Positions 1-8,358 of a DNA stretch of 32,000 nt are shown piece by piece. Position numbers and translations under genes: made by a program. Under the pieces are notes generated by a model, which was not told where the DNA came from, searched no databases, and saw only the letters and a program-made list of their open reading frames with translations. Every line of letters begins with the position of its first letter. The stretch's first letter is position 1. The DNA is from Coprobacillaceae bacterium (GTDB lineage: Bacteria > Bacillota_I > Bacilli_A > Erysipelotrichales > Coprobacillaceae): assembly GCA_963675915.1 (NCBI GenBank), contig OY780959.1, positions 1,170,001-1,202,000 of the forward strand, in the 5' to 3' direction.

Positions 1-61
1 TTGATGAAATGCCTAAATCTTCCTTAACCTCCTCAAATTTGAGCATCTTAGTTTGTCTCAT
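1..61 (-). CDS. Partial (5' end only) small HTH/excisionase-like DNA-binding protein in the early operon of the mobile element
   Basis: ATG at 61..59 follows a GGAGGTG SD (rc of 67..73). The translation MRQTKMLKFEEVKEDLGISS... runs off the window edge. It lies downstream of the cro-like gene on the same strand. Confidence 0.4.
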   Translation of the reverse strand, partial: MRQTKMLKFEEVKEDLGISS

Positions 62-189
62 ATTGTCACCTCCTCAAAAAAATCAAACAAATATCTCATT
101 ACAAACCTTGATCAACTTTTTTTATATCTATAATTATTTAGCGCATATTTTAATCCTCCTTCTATCGCTTCGTCGCAAATAAGCGAATA

Positions 190-393
190 TCATTTCAAAA
201 AAATTAAAACAGCCTTTCTTTCAGTAAGCTCAAGTTTTTCTTTCATTAAGTTGACTTGATTTATTGAAAATGGTTTAGTTTGATCTTCAATTTTCCGATA
301 GAAAGTCGAAACGTGAATACCTAAGTATTCAGACATAACTTCATAAGAAACGTTCTTTTTCTCCATTTCTTCTTTTAAAAGCCCGTAATTCAT
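190..393 (-). CDS. Cro/excisionase-like small HTH regulator (67 aa)
   Basis: ORF track entry with an AAGGGGGA SD upstream of the ATG. It has an HTH-like segment (SYEVMSEYLGIHVSTFYRKI) and is divergent from an XRE repressor, the classic lysogeny-switch layout. Confidence 0.7.
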   Translation of the reverse strand: MNYGLLKEEMEKKNVSYEVMSEYLGIHVSTFYRKIEDQTKPFSINQVNLMKEKLELTERKAVLIFLK

Positions 394-546
394 AACATCC
401 CCCTTTCACTTTTTTATTCGCACATATGCGACACATTAACTATAACACCCAAAAACAGCCTCGGTCAACCTTTAATCGCATTTATGCGAAATTATGTTGC
501 ATTTTTGCGAAATTAGGATATACTTAAAGTCAAAGGAGTGATTTAT
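394..546. promoter_or_regulatory. Divergent genetic-switch region with repeated operator-like palindromes and two candidate sigma-A promoters
   Basis: TCGCA-N4-TGCGA sites lie at 418..431 and 476..489, with a TTGCA-N4-TGCGA variant at 497..510. A related TCGCA-N4-AGCGA site lies at 173..186. Candidate + strand promoter: TTGCAT (497..502)-N16-TATACT (519..524). Candidate - strand promoter: TTGACC (rc 463..468)-N17-TTATAG (rc 440..445). Confidence 0.5.
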
Positions 547-1326
547 ATGAGCATTGGTGATCAAATTAGAAAAAGAAGAAAGTCGTTAGGTATGACTGTG
601 GAACAACTAGCTACTGCTGTTGGAAAAAATAAGGCTACTATTTACAGATATGAAAAAGGGGATATTGAAAATCTTCCCACAACTGTTTTAGAACCTATAG
701 CCTTGGCATTAAAGACAACGCCTCAATTTTTAATGGGTTGGCTGGATGACCCGGTTGATTATGAGGAGTGGGCAACTAGCAACACTCCTCCAGACCTATT
801 CATGCCTGGTGAAAAGGATAACTACAGACGATGCAAAGAATGGTATAACGTATTGAATAATAAAGACTCTCATGATTCGTATACATTAATGCCACTGTTT
901 TTTAAAAGCAATAACAGAATAATTTCCATTAGATTGTTGATTCTTCAAAGGATGCGCCAAAAAGGCTATAACTATAGGCAGTTAGCTGATAAATTGGGAG
1001 TCGACATAGATTATTTGAAAGACTTACTATTCTTAAAGTTAAACACTATCACTGAACTCGAATTAAATAGAATTACTAAATTGTTAGAAATCGAATGGTC
1101 AATTATTACAGGCGACCTAGCGTCTACAGTTGACTCTAATCATGACGCGGTTATAAACCGTTATTACGACCTACAGCTTGATTTAGCAGCACTGTCTTCT
1201 CCGCAACTGGAGTTTGTACATGAGCTAGCACTTGCATTGCCTACATTTAGAGATTCTGATATTAGGCGATTAGCCCAACTCATAAATTTGACATTTGAGA
1301 CAGAAATTGAAATTGAAGATAATTAA
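547..1326 (+). CDS. XRE-family repressor (CI/Stl-like) with an N-terminal HTH, a second degenerate HTH and no visible S24 peptidase domain
   Basis: AAAGGAGTG SD precedes the ATG at 547 (the ORF track begins at an in-frame GTG at 538). The N-terminus MSIGDQIRKRRKSLGMTVEQLATAVGKNKATIYRYEKG is a typical HTH_3/XRE motif. A second HTH-like segment is GYNYRQLADKLGVDIDYLKDLL. Confidence 0.85.
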   Translation: MSIGDQIRKRRKSLGMTVEQLATAVGKNKATIYRYEKGDIENLPTTVLEPIALALKTTPQFLMGWLDDPVDYEEWATSNTPPDLFMPGEKDNYRRCKEWYNVLNNKDSHDSYTLMPLFFKSNNRIISIRLLILQRMRQKGYNYRQLADKLGVDIDYLKDLLFLKLNTITELELNRITKLLEIEWSIITGDLASTVDSNHDAVINRYYDLQLDLAALSSPQLEFVHELALALPTFRDSDIRRLAQLINLTFETEIEIEDN

Positions 1327-1411
1327 CCTCTAGAATTAACAAAGGGTGCATAAAAGCATGATAGTTTCACTAATTGCATTATCAAAACTACCATAGTAAT
1401 TAAAGGAAGGG

Positions 1412-2512
1412 ATGAAATCGATGACAGTATACAAACAAGACAATATATATCGAGTTGACTTCCGATACTATGATCGTTATGGTAGACGCCAAAGATTATT
1501 CAAGGGTGGATTCAAAACAAAGAAACTGGCTGAAAGATATGAAACCAAGATGAAAAGCGAACTTCTTGAATTTGGAATCATATACGGACGACAAAAAATA
1601 ACTTTGAATGAAGTCTGGAAGGAATATTTAGAGCTGGACGAACGCACAGCACAATCTACAAAAGAGATGCGCTCAATTTATTATGATAAACACATCCGTA
1701 CTCAACTTGGTGAATCATACATTGAGTTACTTGATTATGCCATTATGCAGAGATTCTTCAAAGATTTATCGACTAAGCTTTCAAAAGCCTCTTGCGAAAA
1801 TGTCTATAAAGTATTCAATGCAATTTTTAAATTTTCTTATAATCATCAATATATTAGTCAAATGCCATATCAATCACTTGTAATTAGGGGAAAACCCGGA
1901 CGCAAACATAACAATCAACAAACGATTAGTTACGAGCAATACATTCAGCTTTGTGAATATTTGGAAACGTCCTTACAATCTAAGAAACCAAGGACCCAAT
2001 CAGTCTTACTTGCAATAAAAATTGGGTATTATACCGGTATGCGATTAAGCGAGATACTTGCCCTGGACAAAGATGATGTAGATTTTGTCCGGATGCAAAT
2101 AAATATTGACAAGGCCCTCACTTGGCTACCAAGAAGCAAAGAGCTTAAAATTAAAGATCCAAAGAGTTCAGCATCTAAAGCAAAGATCCCATTACCACTG
2201 GAAATAAAAGAAGATTTATCAGTATGGATAAAAATGTATCCATCTAAGCAGCTATTATGTGATAATCACTATGATTATATCAATCCTACTTCATTCAAAA
2301 AGTCAATCAATAACTTATCAAGACATGTCGGATTTCACTTCAATTTTCATATGCTACGTCATACCTATGCTACCACCCTATGGCGGAATAATGTTGATGT
2401 AAAAATAGCTCAAAGATTACTTCGACACAAAAGTTATCAAACCACAATGGATGTTTATACTGAAATTGGAAATGAAAATCTCAACTCAATTACCGACAAT
2501 TTGAAACGATAA
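1412..2512 (+). CDS. Tyrosine recombinase / phage-type site-specific integrase
   Basis: C-terminal catalytic motifs are present: HMLRHTYATTL and LLRHKSYQTTMDVYTE (the R..HxxR..Y signature), plus GMRLSEILAL. An N-terminal SAM-like/Arm region is also visible. ATG 1421 is an alternative start with better SD spacing. Confidence 0.92.
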   Translation: MKSMTVYKQDNIYRVDFRYYDRYGRRQRLFKGGFKTKKLAERYETKMKSELLEFGIIYGRQKITLNEVWKEYLELDERTAQSTKEMRSIYYDKHIRTQLGESYIELLDYAIMQRFFKDLSTKLSKASCENVYKVFNAIFKFSYNHQYISQMPYQSLVIRGKPGRKHNNQQTISYEQYIQLCEYLETSLQSKKPRTQSVLLAIKIGYYTGMRLSEILALDKDDVDFVRMQINIDKALTWLPRSKELKIKDPKSSASKAKIPLPLEIKEDLSVWIKMYPSKQLLCDNHYDYINPTSFKKSINNLSRHVGFHFNFHMLRHTYATTLWRNNVDVKIAQRLLRHKSYQTTMDVYTEIGNENLNSITDNLKR

Positions 2513-2613
2513 TTCTTATTACTTGGTAGCGTTTTTGATTTTTCATGAAACAAAAGTTTTACATACTATTATGGTTTAATACTGTCATCCGTACAACTTT
2601 ACTTTATAGATTG

Positions 2614-2638
2614 AAAGCCCCTAAACATGGGGCTTTTT
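2614..2638 (+). terminator. Rho-independent terminator downstream of the integrase
   Basis: Stem AAGCCCC (2615..2621) pairs with GGGGCTT (2629..2635) around a 7-nt loop and is followed by a T-run. Confidence 0.6.
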
Positions 2639-2714
2639 GATGCTTATAATTCGTTCCAATATTTCTAACTTTATACTATCTACCTAAATACCTCAAGAAC
2701 AAAGAAATCAGTCG

Positions 2715-3056
2715 CTATTTAATGAAGATTGATACCACCGATAGCACAAGAGCAGCTATTGATATACCTAAAGTAACGCCCCATTTAAAATACTCTTCAA
2801 ATCTATCCTCAAGTAATTTTCTTGCCTTAGGTGTTGCCCAATATTTATAATCCCATGCAGAATTTAGATTTCCATCATTAAAATCAGTACATATACCATC
2901 ATTTTTTTTGCAAATAAGATAACCGTCGCGGCATAAAATAATAAGAATAATATCTCCCTCAAGTTTAAATTTATCAATTATCGCATTTGCGGTTGGTGTA
3001 TCTTTTCGCATAATATATCTAAGTAATTTTCTCGTATGTTTGTCAATTATAATCAT
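2715..3056 (-). CDS. Hypothetical protein with a possible N-terminal winged-helix-like region and a C-terminal transmembrane anchor (113 aa)
   Basis: ORF track entry with a GGGGAG SD upstream of the ATG. The C-terminal hydrophobic helix is WGVTLGISIAALVLSVVSIFI. I recognise no family. Confidence 0.55.
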   Translation of the reverse strand: MIIIDKHTRKLLRYIMRKDTPTANAIIDKFKLEGDIILIILCRDGYLICKKNDGICTDFNDGNLNSAWDYKYWATPKARKLLEDRFEEYFKWGVTLGISIAALVLSVVSIFIK

Positions 3057-3163
3057 CTAGCAACTCCCCTATCTTAAATACAATATTATACCTATATTCT
3101 TGTTTTGTAAACCTAGAGTAATTTAGGTTTATTCGGAGTATATATTAATAGGAGGTGATAAAT

Positions 3164-3340
3164 GTGACCATTAATGAAGAAGATTATTTGTTGACAACTT
3201 TAAAGTCAGTTCTTGAAGTCCTTGTACTGATCCAAGACGATACAACTAGAATATCGCCTATGTGTAGCGATATTGGTGATGCTATGAATTTACCTATTTT
3301 AGCATTAATAGAGTGTATCAATACATTGAATATGAAATAA
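3164..3340 (+). CDS. Hypothetical small acidic protein (about 58 aa)
   Basis: A strong AGGAGGTG SD (3150..3157) lies 6 nt before the GTG at 3164. It overlaps antisense ORF 3184..3507, which has no SD, so only one of the two is likely real. Confidence 0.3.
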   Translation: MTINEEDYLLTTLKSVLEVLVLIQDDTTRISPMCSDIGDAMNLPILALIECINTLNMK

Positions 3341-3726
3341 CATGTATTATTTTCATCATCAAATTTTTTTGGTTCCTCGAACGTTATTTTATTAAGATGT
3401 AGAATTTTCTTTAGAGTGTGATAAAAATATGTAGCGATATATATTTTATGATTCAACCATTTGATAATGGAAATATTACCAAAGATATGATTGGACATAT
3501 AATCCAATCATTCAAGATGCTTGTTTTAAAACTTAATTATATCGGCTCCTATATTATTATCCAATGTAAAAACATATTCAGGTATTAGGTAGTAGTGTTA
3601 TTAAAAAGTTTGACCACTAAAAATTATCAAAGTGAAATATCCTGCCGATTATAATATTGTCATAAATCTTAATGGATAAATTTGATAAATGGGTAAAAAC
3701 TACTTGAGACCATTTGTTATATATCA

Positions 3727-3758
3727 TAGTAAAAGATGCGGTTTGAGCCGCATCTTTT
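3727..3758 (-). terminator. Terminator of esterase gene 1 (hairpin is symmetric)
   Basis: AAAAGATGCGG (3731..3741) pairs with CCGCATCTTTT (3748..3758), with T-runs on both strands. It lies 22 nt downstream of the stop at 3780. Confidence 0.6.
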
Positions 3759-3779
3759 GCATACGATAAAATATGAATT

Positions 3780-5102
3780 CTAATAATTAACTTGATCTGA
3801 CAACCATTCCCAAACTGATTCGCCATGATAATTGCAATCAGCTTCATTGTTAAATAGATAAATCCATGACCAGTGACCATTATATGTGTATGGTGTTCCA
3901 TCTTCATTAGTATATAATCCTGATGTATCTATAACTGACTCTGATGCAGATACATGAAGGTTTGTTGCTCCCATTTCTTCTAATCTACTAATAGTTGGAA
4001 TTTCGAATTTTTCCGGTATAATACTTGGATCGTCATTTGAATAGATGAAGTATAGTGGCATATCCACAATACCTGATAATTCCTGATCGGAAATAATTGC
4101 ATCTGGCAGAGCCTCGGCTACTGGGACTGCAGCATCAAAAAAGTCAGGATAGTCCAATATCAACCGCATGGTCATGTACCCACCCGCAGATGCACCAGAA
4201 ACTATTACTTTGTCAGCACCGCATTCTTCCTTATAGGATTCGATTAATTCCATTAAGGCATCAGTGTAGTACGATGGACCTTCAGTAGTTAATAATCCGT
4301 TGCTCCACTCACCACCATTACCATCTGCATCCATCCAGAAAGTCGGGCATTGTGGTACTAAAACATTAGCTCCTTGCATTGTATCTTGGAATTCAGAACC
4401 CATAAAAGCGCTTGCTTTGTTTGCTAGTAGGGAAACGCGTGGATCAGTATTTTCTATACCACCTTCTCCTGAACCGTGCAACCAGACAAACACGGTATCC
4501 GATGGGGTTTCAGGACTATAAGTTCCATATGCCATTTCTATACCATCTGTTGAATTGAAAGAATCTATTTTCATTTCGTCAACCAATGTGGTTACACTAG
4601 AATACTCGGTTCCAATTTGAATAGATGTAACTTCTTCGTTATTGCTTGTAACAGTTGAATCATCACTTAGTGCAATGGTTAAGTAGTAAGGAACGCTCCA
4701 ACTGTTTAGTGAACTTTCCATAGAGTACAATATTGGTGAACCTTCATTTAGATCTGTGCGTAACTCAATTAGCACATATTTTGATGAGTCATCAACCTTA
4801 TTACCAGATTCATCTACTGAGTAAGCATCCAGTATTTCTCTGTCTAAGGTAGTCTCAATTACCGGATAAGTCTCATCAGACCAATCCGTAACGCTTTTAG
4901 TCTCAGTAACGGTAAAGTCATTTTCGTCAATATCGCTGACCTCGTCGTTTAATGTAAGCATTACTTGGTCGATTCCACATCCCCAATCGAAACTGGCGAT
5001 GTTAATGCTGTATGTTCCCGAGATGCTTTCGTCGGCGCTGCTACATGCCGTAAGGCTAAGTACCATGAACATGGGTAAAAATAAATTCAATTTCTTTTTC
5101 AT
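3780..5102 (-). CDS. Secreted lipoprotein with an N-terminal beta-rich domain and a C-terminal alpha/beta-hydrolase esterase domain (PHB-depolymerase/feruloyl-esterase-like)
   Basis: GAGGAGG SD. The signal peptide carries a lipobox (MKKKLNLFLPMFMVLSLTAC). Also present are the oxyanion-region motif VWLHGSGEGG and the nucleophile elbow GASAGGYMT (GxSxG). Confidence 0.85.
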   Translation of the reverse strand: MKKKLNLFLPMFMVLSLTACSSADESISGTYSINIASFDWGCGIDQVMLTLNDEVSDIDENDFTVTETKSVTDWSDETYPVIETTLDREILDAYSVDESGNKVDDSSKYVLIELRTDLNEGSPILYSMESSLNSWSVPYYLTIALSDDSTVTSNNEEVTSIQIGTEYSSVTTLVDEMKIDSFNSTDGIEMAYGTYSPETPSDTVFVWLHGSGEGGIENTDPRVSLLANKASAFMGSEFQDTMQGANVLVPQCPTFWMDADGNGGEWSNGLLTTEGPSYYTDALMELIESYKEECGADKVIVSGASAGGYMTMRLILDYPDFFDAAVPVAEALPDAIISDQELSGIVDMPLYFIYSNDDPSIIPEKFEIPTISRLEEMGATNLHVSASESVIDTSGLYTNEDGTPYTYNGHWSWIYLFNNEADCNYHGESVWEWLSDQVNY

Positions 5103-5152
5103 TTTGCTTCCTCCTCTATAATTAAATGGTAATATATTTATTTGTATCTCTA

Positions 5153-5183
5153 AATAAAAAAAATGACCTATAAAAGGTCATTT
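5153..5183 (-). terminator. Terminator of AraC gene 1, overlapping its stop codon
   Basis: AATGACCT (5162..5169) pairs with AGGTCATT (5175..5182) and is followed on the - strand by an 8-T run (the + strand A-run at 5154..5161). Confidence 0.6.
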
Positions 5184-6052
5184 TCGAACTTTTTTCTATA
5201 ATTGTATGGGGTTACATCGTATTTTGATTTAAATTCTTTCCTAAATGATTTAGTATTATAAAACCCGTGCTTGATAGAAATTTGGGTTATTGTCATACTA
5301 GTGTGAACTAAATCATGCATGCTTCTATCTAAACGTATGGACATAATGTACTGCTTTATGGTTGTCCCGAACTGTCTTTTAAATAATCTTGAGAGATGGC
5401 CATAAGAGAAATTAAATTTATCGGCCAGCATTTGAATGTCTATTTCTTGATCATAATTAATGTCGATATATTTTAGTAATTCAGTCAAATTATTACGTTT
5501 GTTATCGCATATTGGGTAAGAGTTATCTTCTCTATTCATTGTTTGGTTGTTAATTAAAGTACTTACAACAAGATGAATATAGCCTTTAATGGCGATATTC
5601 ATTGAGGTGTAGCTAGAATCAAATGCCTCGGTAATTCCCAAGAGGTATTCTGATAGTTTACTCTGACTCACCGCAGTCAAATTACTGTTAAAATATATAT
5701 TTTTGAAGTTGCTGTATAGAGTTGATAAATAGTCCAAATCAATTTGAATTACTATGCTTTTAAAAATATCCCTGCTTTCGATTACGTCACTTGTATGGAT
5801 TGATTTGCTATTTATTAACCCTATTTCATTTTCATTAACAACATAAGTTTCACCGTCGCTCCAAATTTTAATTTTCGCATTAAGCGGAATGATGAACTCT
5901 ATGCAGTTGTGCCAGTGTTTTGGTGGAATTAAATCTGGATTGTCTTTTTTCATCTCCACCTTAATTACTTTAACAGGTAATTCATTTTGCCAGTTAATCG
6001 ATTCGTAGATGAATTTACTGTCAAAATTTAATAATTCTTTACCATCCAACAT
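5168..6052 (-). CDS. AraC-family transcriptional regulator (N-terminal cupin sensor plus C-terminal double HTH)
   Basis: The cupin motif PPKHWHNCIEF is present. The C-terminal region reads IQMLADKFNFSYGHLSRLFKRQFGTTIKQYIMSIRLDRSMHDL...ISIKHGFYNTKSFRKEFKSKYDVTPYNYRK, a typical AraC HTH_18. A GAAGGGG SD precedes the start. Confidence 0.9.
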   Translation of the reverse strand: MLDGKELLNFDSKFIYESINWQNELPVKVIKVEMKKDNPDLIPPKHWHNCIEFIIPLNAKIKIWSDGETYVVNENEIGLINSKSIHTSDVIESRDIFKSIVIQIDLDYLSTLYSNFKNIYFNSNLTAVSQSKLSEYLLGITEAFDSSYTSMNIAIKGYIHLVVSTLINNQTMNREDNSYPICDNKRNNLTELLKYIDINYDQEIDIQMLADKFNFSYGHLSRLFKRQFGTTIKQYIMSIRLDRSMHDLVHTSMTITQISIKHGFYNTKSFRKEFKSKYDVTPYNYRKKFENDLL

Positions 6053-6349
6053 AATGATACCCCTTCCAATAGGTTTGTCATCTCGATTATATCATGAATT
6101 ATAATTGGTTAGGTATTACTTTTTAAGAATTTATAAATTATAATTTAAAGCTAAAATTGAAATTAGAAAAATATTTTATAATATCCGCGTTAGAAATTGT
6201 GACACAAAATCCTAGATAAACTTCACTAACAACTAGCAAACTATATTTAGTGTAAGACTGCGGATTAATTCACTAAACAATATCTGATATTAAATCCAAA
6301 CTCTAGTAATTTTTGCCACGATTTTGCCACGATTTTCAATTTTATAAAA

Positions 6350-6459
6350 AAAAGTAGTTATACAGGCACTTTTTTGAACATTCAATAACCGAATGGGGTA
6401 ACCCAAATAAAAATTTAGGTATTAAACAACTATTTAATAGGTGTTTAATACCTTTTTTT
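6350..6459 (+). ncRNA. Candidate small RNA / conserved structured non-coding unit, copy 1 (promoter-like -10 through to an intrinsic terminator)
   Basis: A -10-like TATACA lies at 6359..6364. The block CCGAATGGGGTAACCC (6389..6404) contains a GGG-GUAA-CCC hairpin. The terminator stem AGGTATTAAACA (6417..6428) pairs with TGTTTAATACC (6442..6452) and is followed by T7. The unit is homologous block-by-block to 9527..9640. Confidence 0.35.
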
Positions 6460-6730
6460 GTTATATACACAAATTTTCACAGCTATTTAATAGATATTTG
6501 ACAGTTATGCATTTGAAATGCCACCATTTAGCCACTATTCAGAATTTTCTAAATAGAGGAAAGAATAATCGCAGATATACCTCCCGCGCTTCTTACAAAC
6601 CATAATGAGCTTCATTAATATCTTACATCACTAGCCATGTACAGCCGGATTGATTTTGAATGCTTTTAAACATTGCAGTGAGATGATGGTTATATTAGAG
6701 GGTACTCATAAATAATTCAAAAAAAGCAAC

Positions 6731-6769
6731 TAAAAAAGTTCAAGCTACCAGAAAAAAGATAGCTTGAAC
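6731..6769 (-). terminator. Terminator of esterase paralog 2
   Basis: GTTCAAGCTA (6738..6747) pairs with TAGCTTGAAC (6760..6769) and is followed on the - strand by T6. Confidence 0.6.
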
Positions 6770-6793
6770 AAAAGTTGAAATTTCATTGTGGCA

Positions 6794-8286
6794 TTAACTA
6801 GCGCCACCATTTGATTTCTTTTTAATGACGACTACGGCAATCACAACCGACGCTGCCGCCACTCCCAAAATAAGACCGGTATTGCTTCCTTGGGATTCCT
6901 GACCCGCCTGCGATTGTTCCGACAACCACATCCACATATTGGTAGAATCGTCATCACTTACGACCTCATTATTAAAGAAATAGACCCATGACCAATGAGA
7001 ATCATATTGTACCGGTGTTACAGCGTCCTCTTGAAAATATAAGCCGCTAGTGTCACGTACAGTTTCGAAACTAGCAAGGTGAAGATTGTCTTTTCCAGCC
7101 TCTTTCAAACGATCATAAGTAGGAATCGTACACAACGAAGGTGGAGTATTTGTGTCAGTTTCACAATAAACAAAGTACATTCCGATTTTACTGTTTGTCA
7201 GATTGTCAACGTCCTCATCAGTCAACACTTCACCCCTATATGCTTCACTTGAAAAGTATGCCGCCGCATAGTAATCCATATCTTCAAGAATCATTCTCAT
7301 AGTCATGTAACCGCCATTCGAACAACCGCCAATAATAATACGATCACGATCAATATTTTCATTGTCATTCACATATGCCTTAATAAGCTCGCCTAAATCC
7401 TGAACATACATAGAGTCCTTAGTTTCATCAATTTTTAACTCAGGATCGCTGAAGCCATGGACATATGTTCTCGTTCCATCATCCATCCAGAAGGTTGGAC
7501 ATTGAGGAACCAATATGTAAGCTTCACCCATTGTATCTTGAAATTCATCCGAAACCAGAGAGGTAACTTTATTTCCCAATAAAGGTAACTGGACATCAGT
7601 ACCTCCTTCTCCCCCTCCGTGAAGCCAGATAACTAAAGGATGTTTTGATGATTCATCTTCCGGTTCATAGCTGGCATAGCTGTAACTGTTGTTGGCTGCG
7701 GTCGTATATACCGAACTATCAAATTTCACTGTCGAAGGAATAATTCGCTCTGATTCATTAGCTAAGTCAATATTTTTTTCAACCTCAAAAGACAAAACCG
7801 AACTATTGTCTGATGTCAACTCTCCTACCAAGGAAATATCCAAACTGGAGCCTCACACCAATGATTCAAACTGTCAACCATTGAATAATTGAAGGCATTT
7901 CCAGTACTTGGATCAACACTCATTTCAATCGTTATAATCGAACCAGAATTTTCGTCAATCTGTCCTCCTTCATTATCACTTAAATACACTTCTATTATTT
8001 CTCTTTGAGTCGTGTAGCTTACAATATCGAAGTTCAGACTGGTCCAGTCAGTTACCATCTTGGTCTCAGCCACTTCAAAATCAACTGCGTCCAATGATGA
8101 CGCATCAACTGACCCATTTAAAGTGATAACAGTTTTAGAAATAGCAGGACCCCAATCTTCACTTTCAATATAGACTTTTTGCTGTCCTGTAAGATCAACC
8201 CCATTTACTGCATAGGTATTACTGACATTCAACATCAACGACGCACTAGCCATACAAACTAATAATCCAATTTTATTCATTTTCAT
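6794..8286 (-). pseudogene. Frameshifted paralog of the 3780..5102 esterase, with a signal peptide, an N-terminal domain, an alpha/beta-hydrolase domain and a C-terminal hydrophobic anchor
   Basis: ORFs 7825..8286 and 6794..7843 together align colinearly with the 440-aa paralog: SLNHW.. then LDISLVGEL against SLNSWSVPYYLTIAL. The reading frame changes within about 7844..7856. Shared blocks include IWLHGGGEGG, VPQCPTFWMD, GGYMTMR and HWSWVYFFNNE. GGAGGG SD precedes 8286. Confidence 0.75.
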
Positions 8287-8358
8287 TCTTAAATCCCTCC
8301 TAGAAAATTATAGGACATAAAAAAGAGTGAAAATGGTTAATTTCTTACTTACCCAAAG

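Noticed and set aside
3184-3907. The - strand ORFs 3184..3507 (107 aa) and 3617..3907 (96 aa)
   Set aside because: ORF 3617..3907 overlaps the esterase 3' end and its terminator. ORF 3184..3507 starts at a TTG without an SD and overlaps a + strand ORF that has a strong SD. It is kept only as a possibility under the cargo-region finding.
4097-4521. The + strand ORFs inside esterase gene 1 (also 7689..7892 and 8974..9231 near cassette 2, and 1683..1883 inside the integrase)
   Set aside because: They are overlapping or antisense shadow ORFs without ribosome-binding sites.
6311-6336. The tandem repeat TTTTGCCACGA x2 as a CRISPR, iteron or DnaA-box array
   Set aside because: There are only two adjacent 11-nt units with no spacers. 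The sequence does not match the DnaA box TTATCCACA. Two copies are too few to call an iteron array.
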